Source of the DNA: Antedon mediterranea
Taxonomy: Eukaryota > Animalia > Echinodermata
Direction: 5' to 3'
Length of the DNA: 64,000 bases
Assembly (NCBI RefSeq): GCF_964355755.1
Contig: NC_092674.1
Span: 22,630,001-22,694,000 of the forward strand
Part shown: piece after piece, positions 52,700 through 64,000 of the stretch
How the letters are laid out: each line of letters starts with the position of its first letter
How positions within the stretch are numbered: position 1 is the stretch's first letter
The notes under the pieces: model-generated
The model's input: the letters and a program-made list of their open reading frames with translations, nothing else
Database searches by the model: none
Told to the model about the DNA's origin: nothing
Position numbers and translations under genes: made by a program

Positions 52700-53217
52700 G
52701 CGCAGAAAAAGTAGAGTGTACATCAGTTGGACGTATTAATTATCTATTCTTTCACAGACGTATAGAGCGGCGATACGCAAGCACACTCATTCGCTTTCAA
52801 ACAGTCTCTCAATGAAAACTGATTTATTGATTCACCGGTACGGGCAAAACCAGTTTTAGTTCCCGATTGATTTTTCCTAACGGTTGCATGTAAGGCCTAA
52901 GCTGGCTGTTGATACGTATATTGATTCATCAATTAAATGCGGATTTGTATAGTGTTTCATTATCTTATACAAAGAGCTGCGATCATCACTCAGATCTGGT
53001 TTCAAAATTTGATTTCAAGACATTAAGTTATTGACAAGTTCAATTTCAAGTTTGCGAACATAAATAATAAGTTAACTTTGTATTAAGATGTTGTTTACAC
53101 GTGGAATGTTTTAGCTTCCCCATCGGAAACTATTAACAAAACAATTGTCTGTCAGCACCAGTTATTCAAGATTCCAATTGAGCGATATTCTGGATTATTT
53201 CGACTAAAAAGGTGAGT
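52700..53217 (+). other. Candidate non-coding first exon ending in a consensus splice donor
   Basis: AAG|GTGAGT at 53209-53217. Repeat-free, slightly CpG-richer sequence lies upstream, with the (CT)n tract about 1 kb before. No coding frame. Confidence 0.25.
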
Positions 53218-53997
53218 TTTGCTTGTTTCTTCACATGATTATTTCAAACTACCTAGGGTACTGTATCCACAAGTATCATAAATATTGCAATGTTGGTTAC
53301 TGTTAACTTCAACTATGTGATGCACACGCACTAATTGCATTTGTTCCCGTAAATATTTCAATTTCCAATGATTGGACATCGCCGAGTAGAGTGTTATGGG
53401 TGAATGTAACGACGGTCATTAATGATCAAGTCTGTATGGAAATCGTTCCGAACTGTCATACATTTAAGATTATCTTGCCTCTTTTAATTAAATCTGAGAT
53501 TATAGACTATATTAGACAGTATCTGCATGAGTTTATGCATAATGTATTGTTTTTATAATCATTTGGTTAAGTTAATTGGGAACGGATTGTTGTACAGTGG
53601 AATACATCGGGGTTTTAGAAAGAGAATATCATTAGGGTTCTGTTACAAATTTTATAACACTTCATACTCACTGTACTTCTACAATTATTGTCTCATAATA
53701 GATAAATAATAAATACATCTAAAAAAAATTATGTAAGAGTAGGGAAAACATCTGACCAAAGTATGATAATTATACATATTTGCTTTCTTCGGGCAACCCT
53801 TCTTTTAGTGAGTAACGTATACATTGATTTCACATAATCTTCAGGACCCTGGGACGAATCCTGAGAGAACACCCGGGAATAAGTCTGGCGGGCGGATATT
53901 GTAGGTCTAGACCAAGACAATTGAAGAATACGGTACAGCACAAAAACAAATCAGCTAATATAGACCTTAGTAAAGATTAAGAAAGATTAGATAAGAT

Positions 53998-54309
53998 TAA
54001 AGATGTATTATCATAATGTATTATCATTTAATGTCACATAATAGTGATTCACTTTGACCAAAAATTGGATCGAAAAAAAATATTTTGCTTAAAAAACCTG
54101 TAATTTAATGCAAAAAAAAGTCAAATTGACTGAAAATTAATGGTTTTTGGTTGAATTTAACGTTTATTTTGTCTTTTATAATTATTTTAATTAATAATTA
54201 ATTAATTTATTAATTATTATTTTGATTAACCTTATTACAATCGCGAAATGGCCTATTCATATTCTTTTTGAATTAATCTTCGTGTTTTTGGAGGACAATA
54301 TATCTTTAA
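53998..54309. mobile_element. Kolobok-like MITE (family K)
   Basis: TTAA|AGATGTATT ... GGAGGACAATATATCT|TTAA. The right end closely resembles 1-92. Confidence 0.55.
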
Positions 54310-57300
54310 GATTTAACAATGCAAATATTTTACCAGACGAAACCATTTTGAAAAGTACTGGCCTATTTAACGTAGAAATACATAATTTCCCCCCTCATTT
54401 TCACCCCATTTTTCTTCAAATTGTATTGAACCTTCCTCTAGTATTGATAGAGATGCCAACCACAGACCCAAGATTCTATGTTGTTGGCCATCCCAAACTT
54501 GCCGAATTCTTTTACCTGTGTGAAATTCCTCTGACTCTCTGCAACAATTTGCATACGTTACATCTGCTGCTACGATGTGCACGACGCGACTCGAAAAAAA
54601 GCACCTGTGGATGATAAACTACCATAGGCTGCAATAATACGTAAGAATAATAAACATATTTATACAAGTCGTTCACAATAAGTAACTAAAAGTCTTACGT
54701 TTTCATCGTTTAAAATCCATGTTATGAATAGAAGTATCGCATTTTGATGGTTGTATTGGGTACTTACTCAGAGCACCTAGTTAACATCATCCTAAGGTGT
54801 TTTGTACAAGAGAAAGTCAATGCGGTACTATTACAAACTAGTCGATCCTGTGACCGGGTGAAGATATTCCTTTTCGTACATAAGTAGGGGCCCTCATAAA
54901 ACGTCATAAAATAAACATTGATATTCAGTAGTCATATCCATATGAAAATAAAATTGATCTAACTAAATTGTCAACGTATAGTCGATTCGTGTTTTGTAGC
55001 GTCGTGTCGGTCAATTTCGGCGTTGCGCTTACGTGCTTAGCGAGAACCAATATTTATTACGTTTTTTATTTACATTCATTTACTACCGATATCATATTGA
55101 TTCATTATATTGATTGTATTATCGAGGTGTATGTGATAGAAGATAAAATGTTGCTTACTGTTCTTATCATATATTAACAAAACTTCTTTAGGTTTTTCTT
55201 TTTGAAGGATCTCATTTAAATTCCGGAACCTTTGATATCGGACCAGAAATACTACAATATGAAATGAGGCTTGTTATATATTTTATTCTCATTTATCGTT
55301 TAAATTGTCGATTAGTTGGTCATGATGTTTTGGAATCCATATCTCGTAATGACTTTTCTAACATCGAGGCTTGCTATTTTTTATCACGATTGATTGCTAA
55401 TTCAATAGTACATGTCGTTAAGAATTAGTGTTTTTTTAAGATCTTACGAATGAAAAATATCCTTCAGAAATATCATGGTCTTAATGGAACACGAGTATCC
55501 ATTATTACGCGTTTGAAATCATAGAAGAAGATAATCATTCGCAAGCCCACGACCCTACTAACTGTTACATAATAGTTGCGTGGTGATTAATGAGCATATT
55601 GCCTTTTAACTTTACGAACAAAATCTGCAATCTATCCATCATGTATATTTCCATCATTAATACATCATACTAAGACGTAGAACGGACTTTCATTTTAGAA
55701 AATAAAAACGAATAGATTTAAGTAACATTGATGACCTTTTGGATTTTATATCGTCTTAATTATGCGATAAGTTGTTTATTAGGCAGTAGTAGTAACCTAC
55801 GTAATGTGCATGGATGTTGTTCACATTAGTAACATAGGCCTACAGTTACTTATAAAGACGAAATCTGTTAGACTTTTTTCGCTGTTGTATTTCTTCTTTG
55901 AATTGCCTTTGGCGATTGGTTTACTGTCTCTTAGCATGAGTGATTATGTTCTTTGTAATATATTGTCTTACGGCTAAATTCATATCTCAGGCTGGCTATT
56001 TTAAGAAAGAAATATGCAATTATATTAATTATTAGAAATACATAAAGGAAAAAAATTGAAAATTAATTCAATTTCAGTGATTAAAAATTCAGCCAATTCA
56101 CTTTGCTGTATCTCCATAATGACGTTATCTGTCCAGTACAGTCACACTATACAATGCAGTGTATGATTAGGCTAGTCATTGCCTGTAATACAGGCATCAC
56201 ATGTGTGACACTATAATAGGCCTATTACATAATGTTTCAATGATACTGCACAAGTTATACATACGGAGCCGAGAATTGGCCAACTTGGCCTTTTTTAGCA
56301 CAGAATTAAAGGCATTACGGCCAAATTAAACTAAAATAATTGTTGATTTTTTAAACATTAATATTCACATTGTATAGACAAGGCATTGAACTATTCAACG
56401 TAGGCGTACTGAAAAAAAACAGTAAATTAGGTAGGCCAGTATGAACTCATTTATCAATACTTCATTGATATTTTTCTAATGCTTGGAATATGACGACTAA
56501 TTGGTACTATTCACTGCGTAATTGTATCTTTATTGGTTAGATAGAATCGCGCTTTATAGCAGGTTTGCTTAGTTCAGACCCCAAATCCAGGGTACGATTC
56601 AGAATAATTTTCATTTAATTTTCAACAGCATTATCTGACGTGGTATTATTCATTAGCTTGTTTTTATCATGGCCTCATTATATAGACGATCTGAATTTTA
56701 TATCTGGAATTATTCCATCCTTTCAAAGGTAGTTGTTATTGTCCTAATAATTTAAAGAAATTGCGAGGCATATAAACAAAATAAATTTCACCGACATCGC
56801 CGATGAGAAGCATTTCCCTTACCCGACACGACGTTGATGTTTAGCGATACAAAGTTTGCAGTATCGTGTCTACGGACGACAAGCTTCATCCCACTGGAGA
56901 GAGCACAGTAATTACAGCGTTATTCATTCATTCAGTTAATGTTATACAAATAATGAATGTTTATGAGTGTAATGGTACAAATGGCATGAGGTGAATGACG
57001 AAAGGTTATACATGAAAAAGTACTATTAAACGATTGTTTAATAGTGCGTACTATTGCACGCCATTTGACCCACAATCGTCCAATCAAATGACATGAATTT
57101 ATTTAGGTGTTATAATAGGTGTTATGGGCCTGTTGCAGTCAGCAGACACAATACTGTAGGTGGTTTTTGTTGCTAGATAGTACGATACTGTATGCAAATT
57201 GACTTTGTTTCTACCCTAGTTTGCCTCCAGATTCGATTCCCAGAATACCCTTCATTTTATATGTTTTATGAACTTTGGCGTTTGTTTTATTGTATTACTG

Positions 57301-57904
57301 TATTGAAGGCATAAAGTGTTATAGGGTTCATGAAAGTATATTTAATTACAAGAAGCTTATAATTGTAGCTAGTGACACAGTGCATGATTTCGGTGCATTT
57401 TACCTGAGCTAGAAACATTAATGATACACGAATGTTACGGTATCGTTTTAACATTGAAAGCTGTGTTCTGAGTTTGTCGTGTAATCGGAGAGTCCGAGTA
57501 TTACCCATGGTATAATCAACCGAACTGAACCATCGGTCAAGCTGATAATTATCGCGTTTCGTTAATTATCAACTTATGTATAATAAACTTTCTAAAACCC
57601 CAATAGATTTCCAATATTATTAGTACACTTATTAACTGTTTAAACAGCCTGGACCTGACCTTTAAAAAGATCAGGTCCAGGCAATTCAAACATTATAACT
57701 ATGTTTCAGTATTCTTAGAAATGTTTATTATTTTGAAAATCATAGTAGAAATCGAGGTTGGAACCCGATAACGAGCGGTGACATGTCTCTTGCGACAATA
57801 TACATCATACAGTATCGCGTCTTCTGCCAAAAACATTCATACTATGTTATGGGATATGGTGCATGTAGTTCTGTTTTCGTCAGAAGATACGATACTGCAT
57901 GGGG

Positions 57905-57996
57905 TTTTTTTCTACTGCTCACTATGTCAATCGGTCGGTTGGTCGGTCGGTTGGTAAACATTAGCACGCGACTGTAGCCATGTATATGGCCTAGTT
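57905..57996 (+). mobile_element. DINE-1/HINE-like element
   Basis: GCTCACTATGTC, (GGTC/GGTT)n, GCACGCGACT, GCCATGTATATGGCC. Confidence 0.7.
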
Positions 57997-59102
57997 GTTA
58001 ATTTTATTTGCATTAGGCAGGATACCGTACCAGAATGTTGGAGTACGCAATTGTATTTTATAATCATATCAGTGTATCATAAACATTTTCTATGGAGTAT
58101 ACAAAAAACATATCTTTCGTATTTTTATTATGCAATAAAAAACAACATATCGACAATTAAATATTTTTTCCCGGAGCTGGCCTTTAAGGTACGGTACAGT
58201 TTTAATTACCAGGTATTGGTCTTGACATAACAACGTCAGAGTGAAGCGATAAGTAGCATTTAGTTCGAAGTGAATCAAAATGGATAGCCATAAATTATAC
58301 CTAATAATTTTTACATTATAATCTCACCGACATTTAGAAATCGTTCATTAACGTTCCTGTTTACGCTAATTCTTAGTTCTCGTATTTCTAAAAAAAATGA
58401 ATATTAAATAACGTAAACACTGTATATATCATATTATACGATATGTTAGTAATTCTAACATTCATTCGAATAATATTATAAGTATGGATAACTATAATAA
58501 TAATAGTAATTAAACTAACAATAGAAAAAATTAAGCAAATTGTATCTTTGTCTTTTTTTCTCTCTTTTTATCAAAATCATAAGTAAGCCTGTATTGAAAT
58601 AAATAGCTCAATAATAAAAATAGAGAATAGAAAAGATATAATTAATCTATTAAGTTAAATGTTTCAAACAAACTATAACTATTATTGCAATAAAATATTA
58701 TCGTGAATATGGAAGATATATATATATATTTTATATATTAAATTTTATAGAATTTTTCTATTATTTAAATCAAAATTTAAGCTCGGTGGTTTTATGAATA
58801 TAAATAATCAATACCTGAATGCGACATTTGAAAAAATGTAATTAACATTAAATTTTTCCGAATCCGATATTATCTTGCATGGTGATTCAGGAGATATGAC
58901 CATCTTTTATCTCAAAATATGTTGTTTGTCATCATAATGAAAATACGCACGTAACTGATAGTGTTTTGATAGAGCGATAAATCAGCCGTAATTGTAAGGC
59001 CACACACTTTTCAATCCGAATCATCATTTCATTACCAAGCGGAATATTTGTATAAATCACTAATATGAGATAAAAGAGAAAGAATTAATTATATTGACTT
59101 AT

Positions 59103-59247
59103 TTGGTTCCTACTAGTACGCAACGTAAGCCGCAACACAATCGAAATGACCAATCACAGGCGACAGTTAACAATAATCCATCGCTTGTGATTGGTCAATT
59201 CGTTTGCCGACGGCCTTGCGTCGCGTCCTAGTGCTATCCAAGCTTTA
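59103..59247. mobile_element. Harbinger-like MITE family A
   Basis: TTGGTTCCTACTAG.ACGCAACG ... CCTTGCGTCGCGTCCTAGTG..CCAAGCTTTA. Confidence 0.6.
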
Positions 59248-60197
59248 GCCAGTTGGGACCCGAATAATCTTGGCAATTATTTAGATAATAAACCCATAGA
59301 AACGGAATTGAATGAATAGGTCTACATTTTCTTGGCCGTTCTAGATTATTTTATTTTCAAAATATGAGTCACATCTCGTTAGTTTATAAGCATAAAACTA
59401 CAAAAACATCATAATATTTGGCGGTTTTCGATGGTATTAAAAAATAGCAATCTTGACCGGATTATCATTAACTGTTCCCTTCTGTGCAGTTTGTTATTTT
59501 ACAAAGATAATTGTATTTCCACGTATGTCGTTTAATGTTATAAGTTTAATCAAATTTTGTTGCTATATACAATTTATCAATGAAATTGAATTCATCAATA
59601 TAAAATACACGTGGCTGGTGCCTTGACATAGTAAAACACTTGATTGCCGCCATATTGGAATTATACAGGGACAATTTGGCGTACAAGATTTTAATTCGGG
59701 TAGCGAGTGCATTTGGAAAGACGTTATTTATTTTACAAAGCACATTATACATGCGTCATTGACATTAGTTTTCACATTGATGTATGATCATGCGCTACCG
59801 AATTTTTTACTTGACCAATATATTTGAAGTTGTGAACCGTAGTGTTTAATTACTTGACACCTTGTTGCGAGTTCTAAATCTTGAATTTGTTTTAAGAGGA
59901 ACTTAAGTTTTTATCCTAACAACCAATGTGGGTTGCTTTGGTTTCGTGAAATTGAAAATCTATGCCGTTTGTTGATATCAATATCTCGGATTTTCTAAAT
60001 TGCCAAACATCGCATCTTCACTGACTCCCTGGAGATTGTTTTATAGTCCATGCCGCATCTAAAACATTCTTAGCTAAATTTTCAAAATCCATTATTCGCT
60101 AAATCACATGGAAATTAGTATTAACATCGAAGGACTGGCCTTTTATTTTGATGTTAAGAAGAGTTAGAAAATGCTGCATTAGATCGAAGACAATATG

Positions 60198-60842
60198 CCG
60201 TATTTATTCGAACTAACGTCTCGCTTTGAATAAACGCCCTATCGAATAAAGCCCCTCAGATCACCGGATTTTTTTCATCAAGTAAACGCCCCGCCACATG
60301 CATACACAATACTGTATTATAACACATTTCTATTTGTAGTATAATTCATTTACTTCCAAGATCTATAATTTACCAAGCATTTCGATAGAATTTCTACTGT
60401 ATTTTATCACTTCCTAATTAATTGTGTTGTGTGTGTTTTTCATATCACAATTGCCTTACAAATTTTTTTTTTCACGCTATTGTGCCTTTTTGATTAATTT
60501 CACGAAAGAGAGAAGTGGGTGTTTTTTTCTCTCACTTAAATTAAATAATTAAATATATATTTATTTAGATTGAAGACCAAACTTGGCTTAATGCATCCAT
60601 CTCATACAATTATATTTATTAATTTATGTTCTGTATTATATTGCATATTGTATTGTGTGAAGCAATAAACTTGAATATATAAGAGGTCTTTATTTGACTT
60701 TGATGTTACCATTTATATCATTTAGTGGTAACCATTATACCACCAAACAAATAAACGCATCCTTTGAATAATCACCTCCCTAAAAATCTTCCTGAACAAT
60801 ATACTGTAAACGCACCGGGTGTGCTTATTCGAATATATACGG
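60198..60842. mobile_element. Tc1/mariner-pogo (Tc2/Tigger-like) MITE
   Basis: TIR CCGTATTTATTCGAA ... TTATTCGAATATATACGG|TA, with internal GAATAAACGCCC repeats. Confidence 0.7.
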
Positions 60843-63800
60843 TAGATTCTTAACATTCAGATACAATGTTGTTTTCGTTACATAATCCTGACTAATCGAT
60901 ATAAGAAGCAAATGTTTATGTTGTTCCTGGAATAACATTTATTTTACTCATCTCTATGCTCTGTGAATCGATTAAATACAGACATCGACCTGGGTTTCTT
61001 TTTATATATTCAATTATAACGTATAGTAATATACCAGTTTCAGTGTTATTACGTACATGTTTTAGATACGTAAATTGATGTCGTGTCTGCTAATTGTTTT
61101 AAACTACATTATTTTTAATGTCATTAGGCGGCAACAGTATTTTACCGTCACAATGCATATTAATCTGCTGTGGATTAAGCTTGGCATATGCTTAAAATAT
61201 TTCCATTGATTTTGCCGGCAATATCTTGAATATGATGTAAATGAACTTCGATATTATTTCTAACCGAATATACAAAACCAGTCAAATTCCCTTCCTGTTA
61301 CAATATTTAACAACAACATTGTAACGTTTAATATAATTATACATACATATCTACATAGTAAAATCTTCATTTGGGACAACCATATCAAAGGGTAGCTCCA
61401 AGTTTAACATTTAAATTGTCTATTATAAAATATGAACCTTTGCAACAACCCATCAATTTTCGTCAGTGGTAGAGAAGAACGAGTATATAGTAAAATAAGT
61501 CTTTTTTTAAGTGGTGTTATTTATTGATAAATTCATTACAATTTTTGCTTAGCGTTTTTTTTTTTTGCGTGGGTGAATTAAAAAATTAAGATAAGGTACA
61601 GAGAATCGGGTGTTTTAAGAAATTTAGAAATACTGTACATTTTATTGTCATATATTATCCGTCAATTTATTTTGTATTATATTTTTTTTTATGTTGTTTT
61701 ATTTGACTTTGTGTATCGCATTACCAATAGTTTTATTGAAGCATATTCGTCCTAGATCATGCTATTATCGTATGAGTTATTTCGATAAGATTACATTACC
61801 TGTTTTAAATAAAAAATAAACTAAAATGTTCCCACTTTATTGCCCAAAAAAATGTGACGAGACACAAAATTTGTCTTAAGATTAAGAAATAGTATGACAT
61901 AATAATAGATATGGCAATGTCACCACAGTACAACCATCCATATCATCAGATTCTCGTATTGTACTGTATGTATAGAGGCAATGAACAGCACCTACAGTGT
62001 CTTGTCTCCTGACTACAGCTTGTGTTCCGACTACAGCTTGTGTCCCATTGTACACTATACTTTGATCTTATTTAGTTACGTACGTGTAATTTGCCTACCG
62101 TCGCTTTACATGAAACAGGCCCGTAGTTTATTAATATTGTCACCAGAAATCACCTGTGTAATACAGAGTATACTTTGTCGTTAAGGCCTATGCCAACGTT
62201 TAAGATAGGCCAAGGACACACAGGTCATATTATACCAAGTAACTGTTTTGGACCATTTGCAGTAACATCTTTACACGCTTTCAAAATATTAAGATTATAA
62301 CAAATTGCTAATATCTCATCCAGGTCTGTGTAAATGTAACACACAGCCGTATCTGCGCATGTCATGCGTTCGTCTTTCTGATAAACATTACACCATGAAC
62401 AAGTAGCGTGTGAAAGCGGGAGATCCAATTCTTTCCATGTAACAATGTGTTACATTTCTGTAATAGAACAGTTGTACGTGTGAATCAGGTATTATTTTAA
62501 GTCTTCTTTTACTATACTTTAGATAATAAATATGAAATATGTAGGCCTTACAGTATGCGATTTTTATTATGTATTTATTTATTTATTTTCAATCTTTCTA
62601 CATAGCAAAAAAAAAACAAAAAACATATAAGTATAACAGGGGAGTAGCGGAAAAGCAAAAGTATAAAACTGTCATCTTGTGATGTGCTTGACCAGCCCCT
62701 GTTTATCGATTATGTATCAAAAGATGTTCAATTTTTATGATAAGGCATACTAAAAGTTGTTGAATGTAGGATTGATTTCTGCTGTGGTGGTTAATTTAAT
62801 TTTTAAGATTTAAATAAGCAACTTCCTAATTAGATTAGGTAATTTGTACAAAATTACTAAGTATTTTTAGGCGCTCTGTTCTTTGTAGGGCGTCATATAA
62901 AAACCTGTATAGAATAGAATAGAAAATATATGGAAAAGGCTTTTCTCATTAGAGCATTAATCTGCCTCATTATATATTCACCATACTGTTATCTGATTGG
63001 TTGATTGCTGTAGTTGAGGCCTTTTGTCAAATTATTTCTATAGGTGTTTGTAGATAAACCTCAATAATAATTATTATTATAATAAATGTCATATTTATAG
63101 ACATATTTTGGGATAACTGGTCAATTCAAGTTACAGAGTATACCCCCAAGAGTCAAATAAGACAGAAGTCTCAATTTCGAAAGAAAAAAAGTGTTAGTTA
63201 ATCCCTTTTCTCAAAGTATGGCAGAATACTGTTTAATTTGAGTGATGGTTTGCGACGAGGTATTATCCCCATATATAATACCTCGGGTGAGGTGCACGCG
63301 GCTGACGCGAATGTGTCCTCTTTCCATTTCCATTTGTTTTCACAGCGCCATAGACTTTTTGTTTGCTCTTTATAAATTAAAACCAATAATAAACAATAGC
63401 TAATGTGCATTTTAAATTAAGTACGGTATTTAAAATTTACTGCATCTCCTGTCTTTTTTCCTGTCTGTCTGTCGGTCTATAGGTTTACTTCAATAGTTAA
63501 TATTGATAAATTCGGGTGTAATTGTCAGTTGTACGTGCTCAATTACTAATTGTCAACTCGTAACAATTTTCACAACGGGAGTGCATTTACCAAGTAAATA
63601 TTTGTGTATACTAAGTAAAAAAATTGATTAATTATGGCTATTATAGCATTGGATTGATAAAGTGGGAATGCCCTCTGCGCAGTTAGCCTACTGTCTGGTA
63701 AAATATAACAACCACATAAAACAGTAACGAATGTTAGTATCTTGTTAATTTCGATTTTCTAAGAACACTTAATTGTTGAAAGAATGAATAAAACACGTTT

Positions 63801-64000
63801 ATTTTAAGTATTGTTATTCTACATGATAACACTAAAGTTTACGTATTAGTTCAAGGTACTATATGATGCGGCTATGTAGTGTACAGTTATGTACTTATTG
63901 CTTGTATTTAGGCATATTCGTGTTTTGTTTGTTTTTGAATGGAGTAATAAATTACGCAGAGTTGATAACCATAAAGAAATATTGATGATTTTTTCTGCAA

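Noticed and set aside
54222-54614. 130-aa and 71-aa overlapping ORFs
   Set aside because: The 5' part runs through a Kolobok-like MITE end, and no protein motif is recognisable in either frame.
3167-63410. Most short ORFs in the supplied track as real genes
   Set aside because: They are 60-130 aa, low-complexity and I/F/L/Y/K-rich as expected from AT-rich non-coding DNA, or are antisense shadows of TE fragments (e.g. 10080-10364, 11713-12084, 30930-31241, 32064-32366).

Overview
AT-rich eukaryotic (metazoan) genomic DNA, not prokaryotic. The repeat repertoire and motif bias suggest a marine invertebrate, possibly an echinoderm (inference). No intact host protein-coding gene is recognisable; most ORFs in the supplied track are spurious or transposon debris. 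The window is intergenic or intronic and packed with transposon relics. These include a Penelope-like retroelement carrying a hammerhead-ribozyme-like motif, split by a rearranged Academ (XPG-nuclease-type) DNA transposon (8.6-12 kb), plus a full-length non-autonomous Helitron and two partial ones, DINE/HINE-like elements and V-domain SINEs. A cluster at 29-34 kb holds CR1, Sola and Tx1 fragments and a decayed RAG1/Transib-like DDE transposase, and several MITE families are scattered throughout. The most unusual signal is strong over-representation of TAGGCCTA, which in two places can be shown to be a 6-bp insertion at a TA site. All family assignments come from recognising motifs by eye, with no database search.
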